A stretch of DNA of 55,253 nt from a virus (Duplodnaviria; Caudoviricetes): positions 1 to 55,253 of the IMG/VR virus record IMGVR_UViG_3300033052_000029, one strand, 5' to 3'. Position numbers and translations under genes: made by a program. Within the stretch, counting starts at the first letter, position 1. The number at the start of each line of letters is the position of its first letter. The notes below the pieces were generated by a model. It was not told the origin of the DNA, searched no databases, and saw only the letters and a program-made list of their open reading frames with translations. Below, piece after piece: positions 8,334 through 16,472 of the stretch.

Positions 8334-8642
8334 TCACGACCCAAGCCGACCATGCTTCGCATAATCGCGGGCAATGCACTCATCGAATCGACCGTCGTAC
8401 GGTTCTGGCTGGGCCTGCGGCGCATCGCGGGTTTCCGCCGTGTCAGCGGCACACTTCCATGCTTTGATTTCGCGCTCGGTCATGTGCATGTAGCTATCGC
8501 AGCCACACGCGGGACAAACTGATTGCGTGGCGCTATTGAACTTCGGATGCGGCACCGATTTGAGGTCGGTTTCGTAGCCGCGCCACTTGCATTTCGTCTT
8601 CCCGCAGCGGATCGGGGCAGTGCCCCATGCTGGGCGGCTCAT
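8334..8642 (-). CDS. Hypothetical Zn-ribbon-like protein
   Basis: CGKTKC and CPACGC; ATGA overlap with the upstream gene. Confidence 0.6.
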   Translation of the reverse strand: MSRPAWGTAPIRCGKTKCKWRGYETDLKSVPHPKFNSATQSVCPACGCDSYMHMTEREIKAWKCAADTAETRDAPQAQPEPYDGRFDECIARDYAKHGRLGS

Positions 8643-10618
8643 TGCCGCTCTCCTTTCGCGTCAGCGGCACGTTCCATGCCTTGCTCATCGGTTGCGACGG
8701 GCTGGGCGGGCAATACAGGGATCGGTGCCCAATGGCTCGGCCAGTGGTGCATGTCGCCTTCGTGCGTGTAGAAAGCGCCGTCCACGTATTCGGCTGCGCC
8801 TGCCACCTGCGAGTTCTCGCGGTTGTTGTAGGGCCAGTACAGGATGGCGACGGTCTGGTTATCTTCTGGCTCTCGCTCGTCCACGCTGATCCACTGCTGC
8901 GCTGGTTCAGCCGTTACTGGTGCGCCAGGAGTGGATAGGCTCGCGAGAACTTCGCGCTCGATGGCTCGGGCGAATGGCTCCACACGGTTATAGCGGTCGA
9001 TGTGCGTAAGGCTCATCCACAGTTCTGAGATGCGCTGCGGCGTCAGTCCTGCCCCTGCATCTTCCGGTCCGTCGAGGTCCATTGCAGCAGTCAGTTGCTC
9101 GGCCTCGTTATCCCATTGCTGATCGCCTGCCCCTGCATCTGCTGGGGTGGCGAGAGGGGCGGCAGGCTTGACCTTGGGCTTGCGGGTCGCGGCGTCCCAA
9201 TCCTCGGCTTTCAATGCGGCGCGTGGCGGGTCCATCACGTCCAGCAAATCATTGTCGGTCGCTTGCTCCGCAGTTGGCGCGGGCGGCAACGATTTCCAGT
9301 GCGTTACCCATCCTTCGGGCAGGTATTCCACCTCTTCGGAAAAATGATCGTGCTTAGCCCAGCCGGTGGCGAACCAGCGCGCCGCTATCACCGCCGTGCC
9401 GTTCGTTGCGAGTACGGCCTCGCCCTGCAATGGCCCTTCGTCCCAGATGCCGCGCCAATCGCTCTGAACATCGGCGATGCCCGCAGCATCCGCCGCGCCA
9501 TCCGTATAACCCCGACGATAGCCCTCGGTCGCGCGCAACTCGTCTTGCAAGTTCTCGATCTTCGCGCCCATGCGGATGCAGTTCGCCACTTCCACCGCCA
9601 GAAGCGCCCGCAGCTTCAGATTGCTTGCCGCGCGCCACTCCGGCTTGTCGAGGCGATCCAGCGCCGCCTTTTCTTCCTCGCTCAGATTGTCGGCCATCCG
9701 CTCGGCGGTAAGCTCGACGGCTCGGCGCTCGTTGGCGATTTCAAGGATATCGACCTGCTTACGCGCCACGCCCTCCATGTAGCCAAGGCGGTAACCCTCG
9801 GTCTTGCGCAGTGCATCGTCGCTGTGGAGCGCCGGGCTGATCTCCCCCGGAGTAAAGCCCATTGCGGCGTCAATCGCCTTGTCGAAGTCCTCGCCAGCGC
9901 GGTAACCGATAGCCTCGTAGACCACGGTGCCCCACGACTGCTGATTCCGCAGCCAACGATACCGCACAGCATCTCTCGCCTGCTCGGTGTCTGCTGCCAC
10001 TGGAGCAGCGAGAAGTGCGCATACGTCGCCAAACAGCACGTATTGACCGTCCGCGCAGTCGATCATTTCGCCAACGTCGGCGGCATGGGTCGCAGGCTCA
10101 AACCGCTGGAGCTTCGCCAGCCCTGCCTGTCCTGCTGCTGGTGCAGCGGAAGGAGATGCGGCAGCCCGACGCACCGCCATCGCCGTCAGCGCCGACAGCA
10201 GGCGCACCAGGTCGGGATCGTTGAACAGGTGGTCGACGTTCTCGTTCTCGACCAGCAGCGTCGTGATCTCGCGCATCGTGGCGCGCAGCAGGCCGTCGGT
10301 GGCGCCCGGCAGCGGCAGCAGGCGCAGGATGTCGTCGGCGGTGCCGATCATGACGAACTGCTGCGGCTCGGACTCGGGGAAGACGACGGCGGTGCAGGAA
10401 GCGCGCTCGGCCTTGAGCAGCGCGGCGGCGCAATTCAGCAGGGCCTGCTGCCGCTCGACTCGGATCGGCTCGCTGCTGGGCTCGCCGCCATGCTCCCAGT
10501 CGATGCGCTGCTCGGGCAGCTGGTCTTCCATTCGGCGTTTCTGATCCGTCATGCTGGTCTCCCGTTCGATGGTTTGGTATGCGGGCCAGAGCGCGTCTGG
10601 CTTCATTCGGTAATTCAT
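8639..10618 (-). CDS. Large mosaic early protein with two DUF551-like domains
   Basis: DAVRYRWLR, VTHWKSLP and WISVDEREPE...PSHWAP; start chosen from ATGA overlap (alternative 10552). Confidence 0.7.
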   Translation of the reverse strand: MNYRMKPDALWPAYQTIERETSMTDQKRRMEDQLPEQRIDWEHGGEPSSEPIRVERQQALLNCAAALLKAERASCTAVVFPESEPQQFVMIGTADDILRLLPLPGATDGLLRATMREITTLLVENENVDHLFNDPDLVRLLSALTAMAVRRAAASPSAAPAAGQAGLAKLQRFEPATHAADVGEMIDCADGQYVLFGDVCALLAAPVAADTEQARDAVRYRWLRNQQSWGTVVYEAIGYRAGEDFDKAIDAAMGFTPGEISPALHSDDALRKTEGYRLGYMEGVARKQVDILEIANERRAVELTAERMADNLSEEEKAALDRLDKPEWRAASNLKLRALLAVEVANCIRMGAKIENLQDELRATEGYRRGYTDGAADAAGIADVQSDWRGIWDEGPLQGEAVLATNGTAVIAARWFATGWAKHDHFSEEVEYLPEGWVTHWKSLPPAPTAEQATDNDLLDVMDPPRAALKAEDWDAATRKPKVKPAAPLATPADAGAGDQQWDNEAEQLTAAMDLDGPEDAGAGLTPQRISELWMSLTHIDRYNRVEPFARAIEREVLASLSTPGAPVTAEPAQQWISVDEREPEDNQTVAILYWPYNNRENSQVAGAAEYVDGAFYTHEGDMHHWPSHWAPIPVLPAQPVATDEQGMERAADAKGERQ

Positions 10619-11175
10619 GCGGCAATGCCGAGGCTGTTCTTGAGCGCCTGGACGAACTTGTAGCGAACCGCGGTGGTCTGCAGGTGCTCGATCAGGCGCT
10701 CGGTGTCGCTGATCTTCTGGATGCGCCACTGCACGCCCGTCAGGCGCACCGGCGGCTGGTCGCGCCCGGCGCCGCAGTCGCTGGCGATCGACTGCTCGAT
10801 TTCGCGGATGCGCTCGAGCTTGAACATCTCGAACATCGGGCCCGGTGGCGTCCAGGCGCGAACCTGGGCGAGCACGAACTCGTATTTGCTGCGCAGCGCC
10901 GCCTTGTCCGCCTGCTTCTTGTCCCACTCGGCGCGCGCTGCGGCGTATTCCGCTTCGCATGCCTGCTCGGCGCCTTCCTCGGTCATGGCCTCGAAGAGCG
11001 TCAGTTCCAGGCGCGCCGCCACCAGCTCGGGCGAGACCGGGCCATCGTCCAGTGCGAAGTCCAGCGCCTGCGGGCCGCGCAGCGTGATCTGCGCGCCGGC
11101 CACGACGCCGCAGCGCATCAGGTAATCCTCGAAGGTTCCGCCTTGCTGAATTGCGACTGCGCATCCGATAGCCAT
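10615..11175 (-). CDS. Hypothetical helical protein
   Basis: 186 aa, GAGGA RBS, phage-like codon use. Confidence 0.7.
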   Translation of the reverse strand: MAIGCAVAIQQGGTFEDYLMRCGVVAGAQITLRGPQALDFALDDGPVSPELVAARLELTLFEAMTEEGAEQACEAEYAAARAEWDKKQADKAALRSKYEFVLAQVRAWTPPGPMFEMFKLERIREIEQSIASDCGAGRDQPPVRLTGVQWRIQKISDTERLIEHLQTTAVRYKFVQALKNSLGIAA

Positions 11176-11202
11176 GATGTCCTCGCTACGGTGAAAAGGT
11201 GA

Positions 11203-11625
11203 TCAAGCTTGCCGAAACACGACGCCGCGGGCGGCGCCAAACGCGGCCAAGAATTCGATGAACTGCGCCGCTTCCTTGACCGTGAAGTTGCGCGACTGGA
11301 TGCCGAGCTGCACGATGCGGCGCCCATCGAAGCTCGGTACGACCTGGCCCTCGCCATCGAGCGGCGTGCCGGCGGCGCGCATCTCGTCGGCAAACTCGTC
11401 GATGAGCAGGCGCTTCATGGATTCGTCGTCCCACTTGCGGCCGATGTGCTCGACCTGGGCGGCGATCTCGCCGATCATGGCGTGGTAGCGCATCTCCTGT
11501 GCACGCTTCTTGACCGGCTCCGAGAACACGACCATCCAGCCGGACGGCGCTTCCATGCAGAAGGCCGCAGCACTCTGGCGCGCCTGCTCGTGCACCAGGA
11601 AGAATGGGCGGCGCTGGCTGGTCAT
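11203..11625 (-). CDS. ninB: NinB/Orf-family recombination protein
   Basis: KKRAQEMRYHAMIGEIAAQV...WDDESMKRLL...FIEFLAAFGA pattern. Confidence 0.8.
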   Translation of the reverse strand: MTSQRRPFFLVHEQARQSAAAFCMEAPSGWMVVFSEPVKKRAQEMRYHAMIGEIAAQVEHIGRKWDDESMKRLLIDEFADEMRAAGTPLDGEGQVVPSFDGRRIVQLGIQSRNFTVKEAAQFIEFLAAFGAARGVVFRQA

Positions 11626-12245
11626 TACGCGGCCCTCGCCTTGAAACGTTCGACCTGCTCATCGACCTCGCGCAGGAAGGCGCGAACCTCGGTCTCAAGC
11701 TCCGCGATGTAGGCGTCCTCGCGCATGACCAGCTCGTGGTAGAGGCGCAGGTGCTCCGGCATGCGCGGGTCGTAGCTGACAAACCACCACTTCTGGCGTC
11801 CTGTCACCCACATGCAACCTTGCACCTGCGCGCGGTGTTCGGCCGGCATGCCGCTTCGGATCGTCTCCAGGTGCACGGTCGAGTTCTTCGGGCACTTCGA
11901 CTCATAGCCGGCATCCTTGCCGATCAGGCCGTCGGGCGAGCAGCCGACCCATGGAATCGACGCATGCCGCACAAAGCTGGACTCGGTGACTATCAGGCCA
12001 GTCTCCGATTCGAAGGCCGTGCGCGCAAAAGGCTCGACATCCTTGCCCCAGCGCAGCGAGTAGGAGTCCGGTCCTTGCTCCTGGATTCCCGTCAGACGCT
12101 CGGTCACGAGCCTGAGCAGGTACTCGCCGCGCGCTGCCGCCGGCTTGCCGTCCTTCTTCTTCGACATGATCGCGGCGAAGTTTGAGGCCGTGGCATGCCC
12201 GCAGCGATCTGCGTGCCAGCCATCGGTTCGCTGTTCATTCGACAT
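11625..12245 (-). CDS. exo: YqaJ/lambda-type exonuclease
   Basis: W...R.G..TAS, WGKDVEP.AR, GCSPDG, ESKCP, QVQGCMWV motifs. Confidence 0.92.
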   Translation of the reverse strand: MSNEQRTDGWHADRCGHATASNFAAIMSKKKDGKPAAARGEYLLRLVTERLTGIQEQGPDSYSLRWGKDVEPFARTAFESETGLIVTESSFVRHASIPWVGCSPDGLIGKDAGYESKCPKNSTVHLETIRSGMPAEHRAQVQGCMWVTGRQKWWFVSYDPRMPEHLRLYHELVMREDAYIAELETEVRAFLREVDEQVERFKARAA

Positions 12246-12978
12246 CGATAATCCCCGCTGCGCGATCTTTCAGCGCTTGAAGTTCACTTTGGAGAGCAAC
12301 ACGCTCGTGTTTGGAGAGGGCGGTCCATGCAGCCTGCAGGGCCTCGGTGCCTTCGTCCGCTTTTGCGGTCAAGTCGGCCAGCAGGCTTTCGCGACGATCG
12401 GCGTCGAGTACATGCTCGGCCTGCGCCTGGGCGGCTACTGCGGCGCCGCTGCGCTGTGTTGGCGCGCCGTTGTCGACGATGCGCTCTGCTTCATCCTGGT
12501 CAAAGATGCCGACATAGCCGAAGGCAAGGCGGGCGCACTGGATCATGGCCTTATGGCGCAGCATGCGCTTCGGGTGTGACTGCCAAGGCTGCGTGCCACG
12601 CTTACACTCGCTCAGGTACTCGGTGACCTTGACCGGGTGCGAGCGGTCCTTGCGGTAGATGATGCAGGTGCAGCCTTCCTCATCCTGCAGGAAGTCCATG
12701 CCGTCGAACTGCGGGTGCGTGTTAATGATGCGCGACCAGCCATCGACGCCCACCACCGGCACGATGCCGTTGTTCTTGTCGGGGAAGGCGTAGATTTCCT
12801 TGGTCCAGGGATTGAGGCCGTAGTTGGCGGCCACGATCAGGAGCGCCGACATTTGCGCGTCCGACACCTGGCCCTTGAAGGCGGTCTGCTTCAGGACCGT
12901 CACCAGCTCGTCCGACTGCGGAATCGACAGCTTGGCGGCCAGTTGTGAGGCTTGCGCCGTTACCAGTTGAGTGCTCAC
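12235..12978 (-). CDS. bet: Red-beta (Bet) single-strand annealing protein
   Basis: YGLNPWTKEIYAFPDK..GIVPVVGVDGWSRIIN and PWQSHPKRMLRHKAMIQCARLAFG; GTG start. Confidence 0.93.
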   Translation of the reverse strand: MSTQLVTAQASQLAAKLSIPQSDELVTVLKQTAFKGQVSDAQMSALLIVAANYGLNPWTKEIYAFPDKNNGIVPVVGVDGWSRIINTHPQFDGMDFLQDEEGCTCIIYRKDRSHPVKVTEYLSECKRGTQPWQSHPKRMLRHKAMIQCARLAFGYVGIFDQDEAERIVDNGAPTQRSGAAVAAQAQAEHVLDADRRESLLADLTAKADEGTEALQAAWTALSKHERVALQSELQALKDRAAGIIDVE

Positions 12979-13031
12979 GATTTGCCTTTCTGCGGAGACT
13001 ATGCCCGCGTAGGTTGGAGGTTGAAGCGGTG

Positions 13032-13124
13032 CTACAGGTCGTAATACTTGAATGCCAGGAAGAGGGCGCGACTGCGATAGAAGCCATACGCGCGCCACTG
13101 GCGGTATCGGCGCAGCAGCTTCAT
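13032..13124 (-). CDS. 30-aa cationic/aromatic peptide
   Basis: MKLLRRYRQWRAYGFYRSRALFLAFKYYDL; ATGA overlap with the upstream stop. Confidence 0.55.
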   Translation of the reverse strand: MKLLRRYRQWRAYGFYRSRALFLAFKYYDL

Positions 13125-13309
13125 TTGCGCGCCACCTTGTCGAGCTTCGCGACGGCCTGCTCGATGAGCATCACCTGCGTATAGGTCTTCTGCTTCAGCA
13201 TCAGCACTTCGGCGTAGCCGACGGTGGCCCAGCAGAGCAGGGCGACGAGGCAGCAGGCGATGTAGGTGACGATGCCCATGCGCTCGTTGTTGGCGGTGTT
13301 GGCTTCCAT
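13121..13309 (-). CDS. Small single-TM protein
   Basis: 62 aa, hydrophobic IVTYIACCLVALLCWATVGYA; TGATG coupling. Confidence 0.6.
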   Translation of the reverse strand: MEANTANNERMGIVTYIACCLVALLCWATVGYAEVLMLKQKTYTQVMLIEQAVAKLDKVARK

Positions 13310-13419
13310 CACAGCACCCATGCGGAAACGAGCAGGGCCAGCGATGTGGCAGCGGCCAGGCAGATTGCGAGGTCGATCTTCGCGGCGTGGAGCTGGTGCT
13401 CCGAGATTGGTTTATCCAT
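13309..13419 (-). CDS. 36-aa membrane peptide
   Basis: MDKPISEHQLHAAKIDLAICLAAATSLALLVSAWVL; AAGGGGAG RBS. Confidence 0.55.
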   Translation of the reverse strand: MDKPISEHQLHAAKIDLAICLAAATSLALLVSAWVL

Positions 13420-13468
13420 ATGCGCTCCCCTTATCATCTGCGCCGGCGCGGCCGGCTTCGGTGTTGTA

Positions 13469-13680
13469 GTGGTGGCCGGTGCTAATCTCCGGCTTCGTTG
13501 CCACGCGGTGCGGCCGCGATTGGTGGTGGGATCCCGGTTGAGAACTGCTACCCCACTCGACACCGCCCCCGATACCTGTTGCATGCCCTCACGGGTGGGC
13601 CACCTTTACCTTGAGCGATGCCTCGCTTTGGTCGTATCGGCGCTTCCTGTTCGCTGCGCATCAGCCTGCGCTTTCACCAC
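13469..13680 (-). ncRNA. Candidate tRNA-like cloverleaf RNA (C4/c4-2-like), expanded
   Basis: GUGGUG/CACCAC closing helix; GCGCA-GGCUGA-UGCGC and GCCGG-AGAUUAGCA-CCGGC arms with complementary loops; family name from memory only. Confidence 0.55.
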
Positions 13681-14067
13681 AAGGGAGCCGACTGACCGGT
13701 TTTCCCCGTCCGCGCCGTAATCGCCTCCACATGCGCCCTACGGTTGGCAACATGCAGAACAATCGGCTCTCTTGTGGGCTCGTTGACGGGAGCCAGGCGG
13801 CCAGTGACGCAGGCGCGGGCCATACTGGACCAAGGGATCGTCAGGTCGGTGATCCGTCCCTTCACCGGGCTTGTACTGCGGCACCCGGCGACCGCTTGAA
13901 TCTGTCCTGCCACCACCACCACCGACTACCTGCTGTCTTTCCAGCTGCCCGGTGCACCCTCGCGCCCTAAAGGCCTCACCGAAGTGAGGTGGAGATCGGG
14001 CTTCCCAAACGCTATGCACCTGCGGCCGTTATTGACCCGACGAGCCGCTGCGGTCGACTACCGCTGA

Positions 14068-14322
14068 TCACTGCTGGCACTGCTCAAAACTCGGTACTGC
14101 TTGTGTCCTTTGGTATGGCTTCGCGGGCTTGTCGCGGCGCAGGGCGTCGGCTTCGGCCATCAGCTCGTTCACCAGGGCGCGGTCGATGCCCAGGCGGCTG
14201 ACGATCTCGATGCGGCCATACATGCGCTCCTGAACCCAATCCTTGGCCGGGTGCCGCATCAGCCGCATGTCGTCCAGCAGCTGGCGGGCGAAGACCTTGC
14301 CGACGTCGCTCAGGATGCTCAT
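14068..14322 (-). CDS. Hypothetical early protein
   Basis: 84 aa, GGAGGG RBS, ATGA overlap. Confidence 0.65.
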   Translation of the reverse strand: MSILSDVGKVFARQLLDDMRLMRHPAKDWVQERMYGRIEIVSRLGIDRALVNELMAEADALRRDKPAKPYQRTQAVPSFEQCQQ

Positions 14323-14606
14323 GCTGCCCTCCAGCTGCGACGATCGCGGGCCATCACCGGGAAGTCGCACAGGGCTCGCTCCAGGCGCTCGTTTGCCGGG
14401 TCACGCTTCACGTTGCGGTCGAGCCATTCGCCCATCTCGCTCAGCTGGTCGCGGGAGAGCAGGTCGGCCAGGTTGATCTTGGTGCCGGCCGGCGCCGCAG
14501 TCGTGACCTCGAAGCCGTTTTCCTCGCTGGCCCAGCCGTACAGGTCGAGCTTCAATTCGTCGCTGAACTCGTAGCCCTGGTAGAGCAGTTGTCCGTCGAT
14601 AGCCAT
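14319..14606 (-). CDS. Hypothetical early protein
   Basis: 95 aa, AGGAGG RBS. Confidence 0.7.
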   Translation of the reverse strand: MAIDGQLLYQGYEFSDELKLDLYGWASEENGFEVTTAAPAGTKINLADLLSRDQLSEMGEWLDRNVKRDPANERLERALCDFPVMARDRRSWRAA

Positions 14607-14615
14607 GGCGACCTC

Positions 14616-14759
14616 CTAGCGATCATTCGTTTGCTTTTGCACCGGGACCAGAAACCAGCCCAGCTGCCTGCGGATTTCTTCAGGGGAAGGGGGTGCGGTA
14701 CGCTGCACCTGACGTTCCTGAAGCCACTGCCTTACCTGCTGCTTGTCCGGACTCGACAT
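14616..14759 (-). CDS. 47-aa protein (not in the ORF track)
   Basis: MSSPDKQQVRQWLQERQVQRTAPPSPEEIRRQLGWFL...; GAGGA RBS; fills the gap exactly. Confidence 0.7.
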   Translation of the reverse strand: MSSPDKQQVRQWLQERQVQRTAPPSPEEIRRQLGWFLVPVQKQTNDR

Positions 14760-14761
14760 GA

Positions 14762-14902
14762 TCAGTTCCTCTGGCTGGTGCGGAGAACCCGCGAAATCCT
14801 GCTGACGCTGGCCTTGATGTGATCCGCAAGTGGAATCACCGCATAGCCGATGACGCAGGCCAACACGAGGGCAAGGAGGGCGTAGGCAACTGTGTTTTTC
14901 AT
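14762..14902 (-). CDS. First pL gene: 46-aa TM peptide with Flp-pilin-like pattern
   Basis: AGGAG RBS; MKNTVAYALLALVLACVIGYAVIPLADHIKASVSRISRVL. Confidence 0.65.
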   Translation of the reverse strand: MKNTVAYALLALVLACVIGYAVIPLADHIKASVSRISRVLRTSQRN

Positions 14903-14944
14903 TTGCTTGCTTCTCCTTTTCCTGAGTGCCGCGTCAATGTGTTC

Positions 14945-14984
14945 AATATATACCAGAAAATCTAGCGTTACAAGAAAAACTAGC
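14945..14984 (-). promoter_or_regulatory. pL promoter with two operators
   Basis: TTGTAA(14973-14968)-17 bp-TATATT(14950-14945); operators TACCAGAAAATCTAGC (14951-14966) and TACAAGAAAAACTAGC (14969-14984). Confidence 0.8.
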
Positions 14985-15042
14985 AAAATATTTTGCGCCG
15001 TTGCTTTTCTGGCTTTTGGGGGATTGTTGCGATGTACAGACG

Positions 15043-15067
15043 AAAAAAATCCCGCGCTTGGCGGGAT
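15043..15067 (-). terminator. Intrinsic terminator insulating pL
   Basis: ATCCCGC-caagc-GCGGGAT then a T run on the minus strand. Confidence 0.75.
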
Positions 15068-15089
15068 ATACGGAAGGGGTGGGGCGGGA

Positions 15090-15419
15090 CTACTGGACGA
15101 TCGGCACGCCGTTCATTTCGAAGCCGGCGCAGACCTCCCTGGCGCGCGGGTCGGATCGCACCAGTGCAGCTGCTTCATCACTTGAGCTGCTGCGCGCGAC
15201 AGCCGACTGGATCGCAGCAGCGCACGCCTCTTTGTCCTTCTCGGCTTTCGCTTCATTGATTCGGCCGCCGGTGATGAGGATGCCGCCCAGCGCTGCAACA
15301 GCGACCAGGGGCAGCCACAACAGGCGCTTCGACCTGCGCCGCCTGGCGCCGCATTGCGGACAAGTTGCCGCGTCCGTGCTGATCTGCGCGCCGCATTCGG
15401 CGCATGCCGTCAAAGCCAT
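15090..15419 (-). CDS. Zinc-ribbon + TM + periplasmic domain protein
   Basis: CAECG..IS..A..CPQCG, RRRRSKR, then LLWLPLVAVAALGGILI; GGGAG RBS. Confidence 0.75.
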   Translation of the reverse strand: MALTACAECGAQISTDAATCPQCGARRRRSKRLLWLPLVAVAALGGILITGGRINEAKAEKDKEACAAAIQSAVARSSSSDEAAALVRSDPRAREVCAGFEMNGVPIVQ

Positions 15420-15556
15420 TTCGGTCTCCCTGGTGGTGGTTGAACAAGCTGGCTTATGCACGTCACATAAGGCCCGCGCACCTCGCCGGCGAAGAGTGCG
15501 AAACGAATCGCACGGTCATAGATTCCTGTAGATTTACAGCCGAGAACTCGTTAAAC

Positions 15557-15576
15557 TACTGTACATAAACACAGTA
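15557..15576. promoter_or_regulatory. LexA (SOS) box
   Basis: TACTGTACATAAACACAGTA = TA-CTGT-N8-ACAG-TA; sits in a possible minus-strand promoter TTCAAT-17-TAGTTT. Confidence 0.85.
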
Positions 15577-15725
15577 TTGAACTGATCAAAAACTGAGCGA
15601 TCCTGATACCCCGAATCGGCATAACAACGTTGTTACAGCTTGAGACAATGGCCGCTAAACATTTGTTGCCTTTCGTTCAGAATTGGACTAGCTTTATGAG
15701 GAATCGCCTGAATATTCAAGCGCTT

Positions 15726-15962
15726 CTACTGACCTCGAAGATGAGTCAGCACTTCGCGAAGCATCATCTTCAGTTCTTCGTTCTGCCTCTTCAGTTCGTT
15801 CAAGGGCGACGTGTTCAGGCGGGCCAGCATCTCGGCGTTGAGCGAGTGTCCGTTGCGCTCCGCAGCGCTTACCAGCTCGGCGTGCAGACCGGGCGGCACG
15901 CGGATCGCGGTCTTTATATGGTCCTGCTGTTTTGGTTGTTGTAGGGGCGGTTTGTTCATCAC
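15726..15962 (-). CDS. Arc/Mnt-family ribbon-helix-helix regulator with C-terminal coiled coil
   Basis: TAIRVPPGLHAELVSAAERNGHSLNAEMLARL. Confidence 0.85.
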   Translation of the reverse strand: MMNKPPLQQPKQQDHIKTAIRVPPGLHAELVSAAERNGHSLNAEMLARLNTSPLNELKRQNEELKMMLREVLTHLRGQ

Positions 15963-16208
15963 CCAATTTTTTCACGTGGCCAAGTAATACCTGGCTAAGT
16001 GCCTTCAACATGAAGGCAACACAAGCGTGGTAATTGGTGAGTATTTGACTGATCTCCCTCATGTAATATGGGTCAACGTGTGGGATTTTTCCTACACAGC
16101 GTGTCGGACAAATTACTACTTGGAGGACGCCATGAGTAAAGTAAGCGCTATGCCGAAGACAGGCCGAGCACCCGTCAATGAACGCTTTGCTCTGCTACCA
16201 TAATCACG

Positions 16209-16472
16209 ATGAGCGCCCTCATGACAAACGACGAAATAGACGAACAGCGCGCACTGAATTCACTGCGCACGATGGACAGGCGCAAGCGCGCCGAGATGCT
16301 TGCTGTACTTGATGCCATGGCGAAGGCCTTCCCCAGGCCGGCGCTCGCCATGGCTAAGAAAGCTTCACTTACCCTTGTGGTCAATGGCGGAGAGGTCGGC
16401 GTCCGGCAGGGCGTCCAGCATGACCCTCAGCGAATGCTTCCCGCTCTCCGTCTTAGCACGGTAGGCGCTTAG
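16209..16472 (+). CDS. Hypothetical protein convergent with, and overlapping, the repressor 3' end
   Basis: 87 aa helical ORF preceded by a 23-aa ORF (16132-16203) with a GGAGG RBS. Confidence 0.5.
   Translation: MSALMTNDEIDEQRALNSLRTMDRRKRAEMLAVLDAMAKAFPRPALAMAKKASLTLVVNGGEVGVRQGVQHDPQRMLPALRLSTVGA

Noticed and set aside
9095-10663. 522-aa plus-strand ORF
   Set aside because: Antisense shadow of the mosaic early gene in GC-rich DNA; no motifs
10619-11164. N-terminal 180 aa of the 841-aa ORF
   Set aside because: Arg/Gly-rich off-frame translation overlapping the better gene 10615..11175
13910-13923. CCA/CAC trinucleotide run and other short repeats as CRISPR or TIGR-like arrays
   Set aside because: No regularly spaced repeat-spacer units or associated effector found anywhere in the window
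15526-15539. CTGTAGATTTACAG as a third LexA box
   Set aside because: Spacer is 6 bp rather than 8; kept only as an unexplained palindrome
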